Assembly (NCBI GenBank): GCA_051362555.1
Contig: CM120645.1
Span: 20,646,001 to 20,710,000, forward strand
DNA: 64,000 bases
Direction of reading: 5' to 3'
From: Lingula anatina
Taxonomy: Eukaryota; Animalia; Brachiopoda
Positions 50,697 through 64,000 of the stretch are shown in pieces. A program made the translations under genes and the position numbers. Position 1 is the first letter of the stretch. Each line of letters opens with the position of its first letter. The notes under the pieces are model-generated. The model saw nothing but the letters and a program-made list of their open reading frames with translations, had not been told where the DNA came from and did not search any database.

Positions 50697-51897
50697 GCTA
50701 CAGTTTTATGCAGAAATGAAATAAAAAAGTAAAAACTGCTACAAACCAAAGATTAACCAATAATGGATCCCCACATCACTGCATTCCACAATCTTTATCA
50801 CTCTATCAGTTATAGCCATATACTTTTGGTATAGGAAATATCAAACAATTATGTAGGTAGTTCAAGAACATTTTATTGTTATTTTGATTTTATGAAAATT
50901 ACATATATACAGAGTTACATGCACCCTAAATTTATTGGCCTCCTATCAGATGTCCATAACAACACTCTTAACATTATGATTGTTCACATAAGGGCATTAC
51001 TTATACAAATTATATTCAAACAATGCCAAAAACTTGTAGGCCCCATTGTGAAACCTAAAAACACCACTTTTCTTATCATTTAAGATCAAAATTAATGCTA
51101 AAAGTGACAGGCCAAAATTCAAGCCGTGCACAAGTAGCAGCCTCTTTATGGAATGGGAGTCAAGTCAGCTGACCTGAGGACGTTCTAAACTGAATCAAAC
51201 GTGCTACTCGATCAACTCCAAAACAACTCTTCAAATTGCTTGCCTAATATTCGATCCTTGGAAATAACAGAATTTATTGCAAAATCAATATCTTATGACT
51301 TGGTCCCAACAAAGCAAAGTATTTTACAAACCTGTGTACAATTACCCAGAAATCGCATTAGCTTCCATTGCCAAAGCTTAATTTATACCACATTGGCATA
51401 AAACTCAAAAGAAACCAACAAAATCAATAAATTGTAATTACATCATTAGGAAAACTATCTAACAGAGATGTCATAACCAGTGGCTATTGAATAATTAAGC
51501 CTGTACTCATCATACCTAAGCAATTAATAAACTGCCTGGTTATATGTTTGAATGAACACTGCTACATTAAAGAAAACCAATTATTAATGATACGAATTGC
51601 AGCTACCAGTAAGAAATATTACTTGTCTGTGAGGGGATTGTCTATAGTTTCTTAGTGCATGTAAATGATAAACTGAATTTCCTGCTTTTCATGAGCACAT
51701 ACCTAAGTAACATGCACTTATCTTCAAATTAAAATGAAAAATCAATATTTTCAAGAAACAAAAAATTGGCTCTTATGAAAAACATTCAAAGGTCATTGAC
51801 CTTACCTATAATGTGTAATCAATATGTATATGAATATGAGTCAGCAAGGTGCATGTGACATGCACATGCAAGAGAAAAAGCACAAGTGAATGTCAAA

Positions 51898-52164
51898 GGC
51901 CCCATTCAGAACAGATGATCCTAGTACTAACTGATCCACTGACTAAATATGGTCGACCGCACTTCAAAAGAGATGCCACCGATTCCTGATCGTCTCCCCG
52001 CCTCTACGCATGCCATTAAATGGATTAAATCTCGACTCTAAGGTTTAATTGCTAGGCCCCTGCAGCGTGTGGCGGCGGGGAGACCATCCAGAATCAGCAG
52101 CATTTCTTTTGAAGTGTGATCGGCAGATCAGTTAGGACTCGGATCATCTATTCTGAAAGGGGCC
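51898..52164. mobile_element. Palindromic Harbinger-type MITE family B, full length
   Basis: TIRs GGCCCCATTCAGAACAGATGATCC / GGATCATCTATTCTGAAAGGGGCC, extended imperfect arms, AAA on both sides. Confidence 0.8.
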
Positions 52165-52744
52165 AAATGCCTGCTGCCTGCTGTACATGCTTACGTGAAT
52201 TCTATCTATCAACCAAAACCAAATGCCTGACCATAAAGAAAGTTGTAATTTTTGGCCAGTTCAGTTACATATACCAAAAAGTTTATCCCTTGGAACCATT
52301 TCAAATAAAAGACATTAGACCAAATATTGACCTCAACTTTCAGAGTAAAACATGGAGTACCAGTACCTCAATTCAGCATAAATGTGCAGCACCAGCCCTA
52401 TAAAACAGACTAACAATAATAATTATTGGTCTTAAACAGTCACTATTTCTGTCTTGATTTAAAACATGTGGACTGATATACCTTGGGTTACAGTACAAAA
52501 CTATTTATTTGTTCTTTAAATTTGGACAAATTTTTTATTTTGCAGTGAGTTATTGTGTTTTAAGTCCAGAGATTCAAAAAGTCATGATAAGTCGTCTGTT
52601 TTGGGGCTAAATTCTTAGCCTGCGCTTAAAACATAATCCACTAGGTTGCATTTCACAATGAATTTAAAATACACTTATTTTCGGGAACAAAATGCTTGGT
52701 GAACAAATTGAGAATGTCTTAACAAAGGTGTTTATGTCAGGGGC

Positions 52745-52892
52745 AGATGGAGGCCATCTTCAGAGTCTTCCAGAAGACTATCAGAATCTTCCAAGTTTAC
52801 ATTGAAAGGCATCTGATTTTTTCTGTCAGAAGTGGAGGATGGATCAACAAAATGGAGGATGGATCAACAAAATGGAGGATGGATCAACAAAG
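52745..52892. repeat. Dispersed repeat (reverse complement of ~25170-25285) ending in a 3x 20-bp tandem
   Basis: ccatcttc..gtcttcc.gaagac..tcag...tggaggatggatcaaca is shared with the minus strand of 25170-25285. TGGAGGATGGATCAACAAAA occurs 3 times at 52833-52892. Confidence 0.6.
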
Positions 52893-53299
52893 CCCCTGCA
52901 TACCCACACGTACCAGCAGCCCATTTTGGTTTGTTTACAGGCCAATAATTCAATAATGCAAAGTCAAAGTTAACATTTAATAATTTTTCAGCCATTCCAT
53001 TGAAGCAATTTTGTGAAACAGCCCCCCCCCCCCCCCCGGACATTAAAGTGATGTACTTATCACAGTGTCATAATTGCGGTCAAAGCGTGACCAATCTTGG
53101 TCTGAATTATGCTTCTTGACTGACCTAATATGTTGTAATCAGTTTAAAGATACAAAATTCCAAATCCAGGAAATAGAAGCTATCAGCAGGAAAACTATCA
53201 AAACATACCACAGCTTTAAGCAGTGAAGGCAAACTGATTCGGTTACTCTCAATTAACATTAGTGCCACATGCACTTTGGTATAGGGAATAATTACCAAC

Positions 53300-53303
<4 letters not shown>

Positions 53304-53346
<43 letters not shown>

Positions 53347-53347
53347 A

Positions 53348-53423
<76 letters not shown>
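53304..53423. repeat. (GA)n + (TA)n microsatellites
   Basis: Seen directly. Confidence 0.95.
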
Positions 53424-53426
<3 letters not shown>

Positions 53427-55589
53427 GACATGTATGTGTTGAAAAATATTTATATATCAATATTTACATTAAGCTATATTTAAATGAATTGAATTAATTT
53501 TTAAAATAATTTCAAAGTGATTAGTTTTTACTGATGATCCATTAATTAATAAATGGTTAATTATTAGTTCATTATATGTTTTGGCAGAAGTCTGTGCCAT
53601 CTGAGTGCTTTTCTAACAACTTCAATTCAAAGTTTTAATGTGCATTAAGTTTATATTAAAATTATTCAATTATATTAATAATACTACTCTTTATCTTATG
53701 TATATACTAATGCTAACATGCACTGCATTAATAAAATGGATTCAATTTATACAATAACAGTAATTACGTTTCTCCATTCAAACATTAGTTTTTCATTTGT
53801 GAAACCATAAATATGTCTAAAATGGCATCTTAAGTAAATGCTTATAAGCTCCTTGATTTCAATCAATTTCTAAAATAAGCTACAAAATGACTAGTGAACC
53901 AACACTGCAATGGAAAAAAATCCTCATCCAGAAGATGAAAGAGCTTCCCTGAAATAAAACATTGACATTTAGCTAGTAATCCCCCCTTTAAAACATCGTG
54001 TTAGGTGACTTTTCTTATGAAAGGGAAGTTAATTACTCTTCTCGTTTTTAAATGAACAATGAATTGGCATTGGAAAATAAAGAAGATACCTTTCAATTCT
54101 TGAAACCTTACGAGTTTTAAGTAACTTCTTGTTTGCTTGTATAGATACAGTCATTCAGAATACATAACTTGTTTTTCTAAATCAAACATTAAAAACAATT
54201 CCCAAATTGCATATCTGCAATTTCATTAAGAAAAAACAATTTGTAACCTAATATTTATAAGCTATTTTGAAGAATAAGTGATTTGTGATTTTAAATAATC
54301 ACAATTCATACATTCTTCCCCTTATTCAATTAAATGGAAATTGCACTATGCACTTCAAAAGGCATGTACATTTCTAGCAAAAATCAATCTAGGTATTTTT
54401 TCAGTTGCAGCTATTTTCAACCAGACTAAGTTTCTTTTGTTGTGTAGGCTTGATGAGATTTGCTGCAACATGCCGTACTTGTATACTGATTTAACATGAG
54501 CTGAGTAAAGATTGTACGTTCTGTTACTGCAAATCTCTTGACACATTTATGCATTTCATGGGTTAATAATAATTCATTTGTAAAGATGAAAGATTCTGAC
54601 AGAAATTTTAGCTTCACACACGGTTTGTTGAAACTTACAAGCACACACACATCGTAACACACACATGCACAGAGACTTAAACACAAAAACACTTACATAC
54701 ACTGATACACACGCACATGGACACATACACACACACACTCAACAAGACCTAGCCTAAAGCTTCGCTATCATTGAGAAATACAATTTGGATCAATGCAAGA
54801 ACTCTGACCACCCAACTGCGAAAATTCAATTACATGCGTCAGTTCGACTTCTTCAAGAACACTTTAGCTGGGGGCAAGAACCTTTCCACTTGCCTACATA
54901 ATTTTACCGTTTTTGCTACTTTATCCTTATGATAAATACCCACAGGGTGGCTTTTAGTATGCAATAACTTATTTGTGATACTGTGATATTGAGAGAGAAT
55001 GTCTATAGTTATGTTTCTCGTAAAACAATCTGTCAGTAAGTATTTAGGTAACTATATTTTGATATATTACATGATCTATTTTTAATTAGGCCAGAATAGT
55101 AATATTGTTTTACTTGTGGGTTATCTATAATAAATATCCTGCTGGGATTTTTACTGCAGCATAGATAACGACTTTCTATCAATTACAGTAACTGTATGTA
55201 ATACCTTTCCATTTATTTCTATGACCTGTGTATTTTTGTTGAGTTATGAAATAGAATCCCTTCTCTTACGTATTGACTGAAATTAAGCCTTAAAACCAAC
55301 ATTGCATATTAAATAGAACAAATTGACTGTAGGAGACCACTCTGAGAGAAATCTCACTTTAATTTTCCTATTACTTCTGATAAAATGAGGAGTTAGTCCT
55401 GAGGTTTTTAGGCCTGCGAAGTCAAGTGACACGTTTAAAAATATTTGCACTTGGTCAACAGGGCGTGGAGAATATCCCTAATATCTTTTTATCCTTGTCA
55501 AAATAAGATCGCAGGAGCTGCCATTGATACTGGCCCTTCATTCATCAATATGTGTCAAAGTCAAGCTTGTCTGGTTTCCTAAAGTTAAT

Positions 55590-56665
55590 CATAAATTTCA
55601 AACACCCCATTTTTTTTCTATATTTTCCTTTTTTTTTCGATTTATTATTTTGATTTTATTTATTCAAAAAGATATACATTTTATACGCAAAACTAACTTC
55701 TAACAAAATTTTAACTACTATGAACAAATCCGTCATTTGTGAAAATTTATTAATTCACTTAGTTCAAATTGAATGAGTAATTGCTGTATTTAAATGTAAT
55801 TTTTTTTTTTACTTTGGGGTCACTTCCACAAGAAAGCTTAGGGGCAAATGTTGGCCTATGCTTTAAGGCAGATATATTAGTCTTCTTTATATCCAGTAGT
55901 AGTTCAGTGACATAAAATACTGCACCTGTTTTATAACATATAGGGAAAGGCTAATGTTTAAGATCTATTAAATAACACACTCCATCTAGTGGACTGCTGT
56001 ACATTTACGCTGAACTGAAGTAGGCTAAAATTTTGGTCTAAATGTTAAGACAAACTTTCAGATTTAAAGTTCTTTTGTGACAACAGTCCCTGCATGGACA
56101 AGTGCTGAGCTTATAGCAAGTTTAGCTTTTAGTTACAGTCAAACAAGGTGAACATCAGAAGTAGACAGTTCACATGTCAAGGATATACAGCACCACTAAG
56201 TAATATTTATACAAAATTTGCCGTGTCACATATTACGTCAATTGTGCGTGCCATGTGTCAAACCTTGGCTTATGTTTTGTATAACTGAAAGCTTGCTGCA
56301 ATGCCAATGACCTAAAGCTTGTGCTGTCAAGTGACAAAAGCTTCTGTAATCTCTTCCTTGGTGCCAATGATTAGATTGCGTCGCTACTGGATTTGCCAGA
56401 ACTCTGACATGCTACTTAAGGATATTGTTAGCCTTTGCCAAAAACTCCTTGTTTGCTGCCTTACATAAATTTCAAACACCCCATTTTTTCTATATTTTCC
56501 TTTTTTTTTTCGATTTATTATTTTGATTTTATTTATTCAAAAAGATATACATTTTATACGCAAAACTAACTTCTAACAAAATTTTAAGTACTATGAACAA
56601 ATCCGTCATTTGTGAAAATTTATTAATTCACTTAGTTCAAATTGAATGAGTAATTGCTGTATTTA
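55590..56665 (+). repeat. ~200-bp near-identical direct repeats (55590-55792 and 56464-56665)
   Basis: cataaatttcaaacacccc...gagtaattgctgtattta is present twice, differing only in T-run lengths and ~1 substitution. Confidence 0.9.
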
Positions 56666-57706
56666 TTTTATTATTATTCTTTTGGATAACATATCAATCT
56701 TCAGTGTTCAGTGACTTAATTAATATTTACACACGTCATCTCAAGTGTGATGTCATAATTGCGATTTGGGGGTAAAAATTGAAAAATTGGTTTCTCAAAT
56801 TTCTCCTTTACCTAAGCACCTACAAACACAGTTTTAAGGCCAATTTAATGACACCATTTAGTACTCCAAAAAACTGCCAAATGATAAAAGCTTTGAGTTG
56901 TCTATACATACAAATTACAATATAAACAGTGATATTTTATATTTTTGAGGGGAATTTTATTGTTTTAAATCAGCACAAAGATACAGACTCATTATTGAAA
57001 AATTACATACAGGAAAAACCTCATTTTTGGTATCCGGATGATAATAAAGACTTGCAATACCCTTAACTCATGCCATGCATAAGGAACACTACCACCTCTA
57101 CTCAAACACTTTCAACTCTACTCTTTGCTTCATGTTGCACGCATTTGAGAATCCTTATGTTTGGCTTGGTTCAAAAGAATCAAGTGTACGTTCTACCAGC
57201 AGGCCGGTAGCAATTCCAAAAGGGTGTTCTTTTTCTGGCAAAGTAGACCTTTTTACCCTCTTAATTGACCCAACATGAGAAATGGCATAGGACCTAGTTC
57301 AAATTTTGATTCTGAATTGATCTTTTCCATCCAAAAGGGTGGTTTTTTTTAACTTTATAAACTTCGCCTGTTCACAGGCCTGCATAATTTGCAATTGATT
57401 AATTTTTCTACATTTTCTTCGAATTTTCCCTTTTGGTTTGCTTTGGTTGAACAAAATATACATTTGATAACTCTATAGTCAAAGAACATTTGTAAAGTGC
57501 AGAAAAACTCATTTCAGAATAACAAACATGTAGTTTAAAATCAAAACACACTTAGGCCACAACTCGACATAAAATCCTAGATCTGTTACATAATTAAAAG
57601 ACCTGATGGACGATGGAAAAAAGAGACAATTTTCATGAAACTGACACTTCAAATCCCATTTATAGTTACCAAGCAATATTCGAAAGAGGGAATAAGAAAA
57701 GACTTA

Positions 57707-57918
57707 GGCTGTATTCCCAGAGCTTTTAGATCGATCTATCCCTGGGGAGTCTCACTAGATTACTGTCAGATAATCCGGCTTAAATGTCCGTCCCGCCTAC
57801 TACAAGCTGTAAGGGGGTAATTAACTTTCGTGTCCGCCCGGCTGACAGCTATTTAGCATAGCCCCCAGGGAGTTGGGTCGATCTAAAGTAGATCGATCTA
57901 ATCTCTGGAAATGGGGTC
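57707..57918 (-). mobile_element. Harbinger-type MITE family A, copy 5
   Basis: Reverse-complement copy, TTA TSD. Confidence 0.85.
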
Positions 57919-59403
57919 TTAATAAAACTTCCACACAAATAATCTGCTCATATGAAAAGCACACTGCAGTTATTTCTCTAAAAAATGATTCTGATAAGTA
58001 CGTACCACCCTTTTTAAGCTCATACATAAAACAGAAAATTGCAACAGTTTCATGACAGCTAAGGCAACAACAAGATATTTGATAACATTTCTACAAATAT
58101 ACAGCTAAATTTAACTACAAGAAAATAAACAATTTTTCTCATGAAATCTAAATATTTGATGAACTGAGGACGATAGTCCTATCCAAACTGAATACAAGTA
58201 TAGGGGTCATTTTTAAAGAAATCCACATCTTACATACACATCTGGTGTTCAACTTATCTGGCTTTCTTCTCAGCCATAAAAAATTAATTCACTGTAAAAC
58301 CCTTTAAAAATATTTTAAAATCCCACAAAGAAAAAAAGTAATACCCTTTTATCCAGTCTCTCTTGAAATTAATTGCATGGTGCAACAGAAAGCAAGAAGT
58401 GTTTTAGGGTGGTAACAAGTTACAACTGGGGAATATCTGGCAAGTTACACCCTTATCTACAAAAATAACAGCTTGAGCTACTGAAGTTTCACAAAATGAT
58501 ATTAATTGATAAACCAAGGTTGTAAAGCTATAATGATCGCTTTGATTAAGCTATCAATTTTCAAGACCCAAACAGCCACACACATCTCTCACAGCAAACT
58601 GAAATAGTGGAATCTAAATTTGGAAGCTTTTTCCCCCCACTTAAAATAACTTCGCAGTCTAAAAGTCATTCTTGCAAAACTGAGACAGAAAATTGAAATT
58701 AATGACCAGAAGTCAAATAATGCAGTGATTCTTATCAATTCTCTCACCTTTCAACTTTCTCTCTTTTCCTGGTTCTCCACACAAACTGAATATTTCTGTC
58801 CTTCCTATTGTCCAGTCTTTACAAAAGAGCGCCTTTTATTTCTGTTAGTATAAATAACCTTCAGTCCAACTCAAAACCTTAAGTACTCTTACTCCAGATT
58901 CCCCAATTTTTATCTGTTGATTCACAGCTTCTCGATAGCACCTCGAGCAGATTGGTCTAGTACCGTTCAGCGAGCGTGCTTAAATCCCTCTCAATAACAC
59001 AACTGGCTCAGTGATGGAATGAAGCAGCCAGTAGAACAGAAGCAAGCTGAGCCCACTGAGCCAAATGACGGACTGTATTAAATCCTCAGGTGTGTGTGTG
59101 TGTGTGTCATGTGACCCGCTTAGGGCAGGCGTAGGGCCAAAGACTTTTAGAGGACGGTTATGAAAAGGGCATGTTTTCATAATGGGGTTTCTTTTCTTCG
59201 GTGCCCCTAAATATAGGTATTGCCTTTCAATCTTGACAGATTGTGATTTTGGGATTTACTGTTTTATTTGATACATGCATAAGATGCTATTTAGACATAA
59301 AATGGCATGGGAGGAAAGAAGGGACGGTCAAAAGAAAAAGAAAGAAGGACAAAAGAAGAAGAAAGCCAAGCAGGTAGCATACTGGGAAAGACCATAAAAC
59401 AGT

Positions 59404-59434
<31 letters not shown>

Positions 59435-61802
59435 GAGGAGATTTGCAATTCAGACAGCAGTCTTCAGCAAGTTTCATAAAATACAGCACTGTAAATAAAT
59501 ACATATCATGCATGTTGTTCTTCGTAATAATATATAAAAATATCTTGAACACTTATTATTATAGCTATAATCTCAGAATTGATCTAAAAATGTTTTCCCC
59601 AACCAATTCACATGAATCCCTCAGTCATGGTGGTTGCATAAAAAGTAAAGAAAAAGCCATGCCCTTTCAAACATGGCATGGTATATTGCATTTTTGCAAT
59701 ACAATCACGTCTCGATCAAAGATGAAAAAAAAAAAAAAGGCCCAGGTGTGGTTTCCTCAAAAATGTTTCTCTAAAACAAAATGATACTCTTGGTTATCTA
59801 TCTTTGTATCATATCTTCCTTCTTTTATCTGAAAGGTATTTTCATGTAACTTAATGGTGAAGCTGTATATGTTCCAGCTATAACTATATGACAGGCAATC
59901 TGCAATAAGCTGTAAACACCCTGAAAGAAATTTGGAAAAAGCTCAACAGCTAACTTGAGAGCAACTTTAAGTTAAATCATATAAAAGTCTAATATAATTA
60001 TAACCTGGAGATTTTCATTTAAACATTTTTATTAAATGACTAACTTTGACTGTTATTAATGCCTGTGTACTTTCATGCTTTATGATGAACACATTTCAAC
60101 TAATAAAAAGGTTGAAAAAGTACTAAGACAAGAATACAATTTTTATTGAAATTACTACCACATAAGATGCTATCAATTAATTTATATCATGTCAAAAAAT
60201 AGATATGTAAAAACCTTTCAGAGCTCAGTAAAAATGGCTAAAAAAATAATAGAATTGTCTGATGAAGGGTAACACATGAAGCCTTGGATATAAAAACAAG
60301 TCTAGATTCTTCCTTGGTGGAGGTAGAAAAAGAGACTCACTCTCTCCTATACTATAGTCTACAAACAACAAAAAGAAACAGTTTTTGGATCGCTAAAAAG
60401 AACATACGACCCTTTACCTTTATCAAGCATGACAGTGTGAAAGCACCAATGATCACACCAAGTTGTTTAACAAGCCTCTAACAGTAGACAAACATTTTTT
60501 TAAAAGCATTCCGGTTATTCCTGTCAGGTTTTCCCTTGTGTCAATGTTCTAAATATGGAAACACAGTTCAAATGACAATGTGTGAACATGTCATTTGGTA
60601 CAGTCAAGTAAATCAAATAATCGCTTTGGCAAATATTTGGTCACCAGTTACAGCTCAACTACCTAGAGCAGTGTGATTGTACGACTGTGAGCAATTACTT
60701 CTCATATTTACACATATCTATATGGTTATAATTAATGTTATTATAGATACAGCTTTCTGGTAAATGATGGCAAAAAACACCTTTCAAAAAATAAAACATA
60801 AAAGCACTAGTCTGTGTAAGAAGAGAACAAACTTGCTGATTCTGTTTGGGTGCAAATGGTAGACTAAATTGCATGAAAAAATAATCCTTTCTCCTAAGGC
60901 ATTACTGCCTTCAATCCAAGCAAATGAGAAGAAAAACTCTTTAGTTTCAAAATGCCAAATCAGAACATAGGCCTAACATTAAAAGTGCCACAATCTATGT
61001 ACTATTATGGTAATTTTTCTCAACATACATGTTAAATTGTAACCCAAGATATCCATAAGTTCTATATTTTTCTTTTAATGTGTCTATAAAGAGGAAATGA
61101 TGCGTCATCAATACTGAGAAAATGAATGTGGTCTACACGTAGCAAGCATGTTTTTTTTTACAACTTCAAACAAAGAATGCTTACATTTCTACCTAATCAG
61201 GCACACACCTATTTAAGGACCACCAGCTAAGGTGAGCATGCCCTAGAAGAGAACCTGCAAAAATGAGCAAGTGTTTGCACCTTGGCAAAGAGTCTTAACA
61301 CGCGGAGATGTCAAAGAACACACACATACCTGCATCAACGTAAACAAGCACATACAGGCAAACAGGCACATACACACCTCGGCATTTGTATGCATGCATG
61401 CACATGCATGCACGTGTATTGAATGCACAGATTATTGATCTCAAAAGCCTAAGAATGCATAGGCTCAGTTATACATGTAACCACAGCACCTACGTCTGCT
61501 GAACAAACTGAAAAATGACTTAATTGTTACGTGGGAGCAAGAAGAAAGAAATTCCCAAACAATGCCAGACAAAAAGCATGTGTGAAACCTAATACTCTTG
61601 TGCTTGATCCTAAAATAGCAAGTAACCCACAAATAACCGATCACATCACGTTCAAACTGTTAATCTTTTTAGTACAAAAATTCAACAAGAGAGGGACCTT
61701 CAGGGACTGAAGCCACATTGTAGCTAGAACACAATACCACATTATACATACTTCTAATTAAAAAAAGGAGAAATGCTTTACTACCTGGAAAAGTTATACT
61801 TA

Positions 61803-61997
61803 GACCCCATTCCTAGAAATTAGCTTACCTCCCTGGGGGTTCATGCTAAAAAGCTGTCAGCCGAGCGGGCACGAAAGTTAATTACCCCCTTACAGCTTGT
61901 AGTAGGCGGGACGGACATTTAAGCCGGATTATCTGACAGTTATCTAGTGAGACTCCCCACGGGGATAGATAGATCTAAAATCTATGGGAATGCGCCC
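61803..61997 (+). mobile_element. Harbinger-type MITE family A, copy 6
   Basis: TTA TSD; shortened left subterminal region. Confidence 0.85.
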
Positions 61998-62304
61998 TTA
62001 GATAACTGGGTAGAATAATGGGTTGTGATGATGTTGGGATCACACTGGAGGTGGGGGTGGGGGTGGGTGGCTGAGAGGACAGTGCAATGAATTCTGATAA
62101 ATATTCTGTAAATACTGTCCGAAATTGACTTTATTACTATGGTCCCAATGGTGAACAGAAATGTAAGAAATCATGCTTCTGTAACGGTATGTGATGTAAT
62201 CCAGAATAAGGTTAGAATATATCAATTCTTTATCAGAAAGAATTGATACAGTCCAACTTCATGATGGAACATGCGATGCATATCAATTTAACATCTTAAA
62301 AACC

Positions 62305-62484
62305 CTTCTTTCTCTCTCATCCTCTCTCCTCCAATCCAAGATCCTCGAGCCTACTTCTCTATTTGTCTATCTGCTTTTTCCCTCCCTTTCGTTCTCTCTC
62401 TCAGTCCTTTTTCTTCCTCCTCTCTTATTATCTCCATTCTTCCTTTCTCTTCTCTCTCTCCCACTCTCTCTTCTATACATTCTT

Positions 62485-62537
<53 letters not shown>

Positions 62538-62655
62538 CCTTTCTCTTCCTCCTCTCTTATTCTCTCCATTTGCCCTTTCTCTTCTCTCTCTAACTCTCTC
62601 TTCCAACCATGCTTTTCCAGCCCCCTCTGTCTCTCTCCCCCCCCCTCTCTCCCAG
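62305..62655. repeat. Long polypyrimidine/(CT)n low-complexity tract with an internal duplication
   Basis: Nearly pure C/T; ctctcagtccttt.tcttcctcctctcttatt.tctccatt occurs twice. Confidence 0.9.
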
Positions 62656-62928
62656 CACAGGGGGTGATATATAGCAGAAGACACACCTGGAACACCTTTA
62701 TGCCAAGATTTCCTTAAGCCCCATGACCTTATGAGGTAACACAGCAGCTTTGGGCTCAGATACACTCAAAGATAAGTCCCACCTAGAGAGTAAAGAGATG
62801 AGGATGCAAATAGAATGATTTACATCATCTGTACTGATTCACTTCAAGACCTACAAGTATAGAAGACCTTAGGTCACTATAACAGTCAGGCTATGATGAT
62901 TTTGACACTTACTATCTCAGTAGACTTA

Positions 62929-63153
62929 GACCCCATTTCCATAGATTAAGATTGATCTATCCGGATCGACCTAACTCTATGGGGGTTCACGCTAAATTGC
63001 TGTCAGGTTCCGAGAGCCGAGCGACACAAAAGTTAATTACCCCCTTACAGCTTTTAGTAGGCAAGATAGACATTTAAGCCGGTCAGGCTGAAAACAATCT
63101 AGCGAGACTCCCCACGGGGATAGATCGATTTAAAAATCTTTGGGAATGCACTC
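62929..63153 (+). mobile_element. Harbinger-type MITE family A, copy 7 (divergent subfamily)
   Basis: TTA TSD; shares variants (cttttagtaggca, aaattgc) with copy 4. Confidence 0.85.
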
Positions 63154-63471
63154 TTAGGCCCTCTTCACATCGAGAGCTCTATCTTAGTTGATGATGATTT
63201 ATTTTTGCGGCATATTCTCAGATATGAAGGGAACAAAGTCTAAGAATATAAAGTGTTAACTTAAGCTGTCTTAAATTGGTTGGAAATGTGAAAAACAAGG
63301 CCTGTTAGCACAAAATTCTAATAATAATAATAATAATAATAATAATATTATATATATATATATATATTGGTTACTATATGACATCATATAGTAACCAAAA
63401 TAAACAAACCTCCTGAAGATGCAATGAAACCTGTCGGGGCAAAAAATAGCTGCTGTTCTTTTTTTTCTTTT

Positions 63472-63583
<112 letters not shown>

Positions 63584-64000
63584 GGAGAGGGGTTTGCAAC
63601 ATTTGAAGTGTTAAAACAATTTTAATATAAAACCCATCCATGCAGACCCTATGAAATACTGCCCTTACAAAACTACTCAAAGTCCTTGAGATAATAATGA
63701 ATAAATACAAAATATTTATTTCAGAGTCACATTTCAAGACTTTAAGCCAAAGGTGAGTTGAAATGTCAAACTAAGAACAAAATTCCCAGATATATGGCTC
63801 AAGTGACAGATGAATTAAAACAAAAAAGGTCCCCAAAGGAGATTTTAGTTGTACTTCTAGTCAGGCTGGGTTGACTTAACTTGCTACAAAGGAGGCTTTT
63901 TAAAGCTGTGTTTCCAGTCAGGCTGTTTTGACCTAAATTGATACAAAGGAGACTTTTAACACTGTGCCTTTAGTCAGGCTGGGTTGACCAAATTTGCTAC

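Noticed and set aside
62351-62765. ORFs rich in ER/RE repeats (likewise the YIYI and CVCV ORFs at ~34270, 53125, 63424 and 10121)
   Set aside because: Translations of microsatellites.

Overview
AT-rich animal genomic DNA with GT-AG introns and many microsatellites; the gene and repeat content suggests a lophotrochozoan, probably a mollusc (inference, species not determined). Left end (+ strand): two tandem NUDT16-like (U8 snoRNA-decapping Nudix hydrolase) genes. Copy A shows exons 2-3 only; copy B is complete (3 exons, 229 aa). Convergent with them (- strand) are the last six coding exons of a GTF3C1 (TFIIIC subunit 1)-like gene (13267 to 7995, all in frame) with a poly(A) site near 6850. No further GTF3C1 exon could be recognised in 13268-64000, so this appears to be one intron of >50 kb. 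It contains a same-strand, single-exon-CDS rhodopsin-family neuropeptide receptor gene (FMRFamide-receptor-like, 475 aa). The rest is a dense set of non-autonomous DNA transposons: seven copies of a ~215-bp PIF/Harbinger-type MITE, several foldback MITEs, Helentron/HINE-like elements carrying ~335-bp and ~161-bp satellite-like arrays, a decayed Tc1 transposase, and several local template-switch or duplication scars. No prokaryotic systems, CRISPR arrays, rRNA or tRNA genes were seen. All calls were read by eye; no database searches were run.
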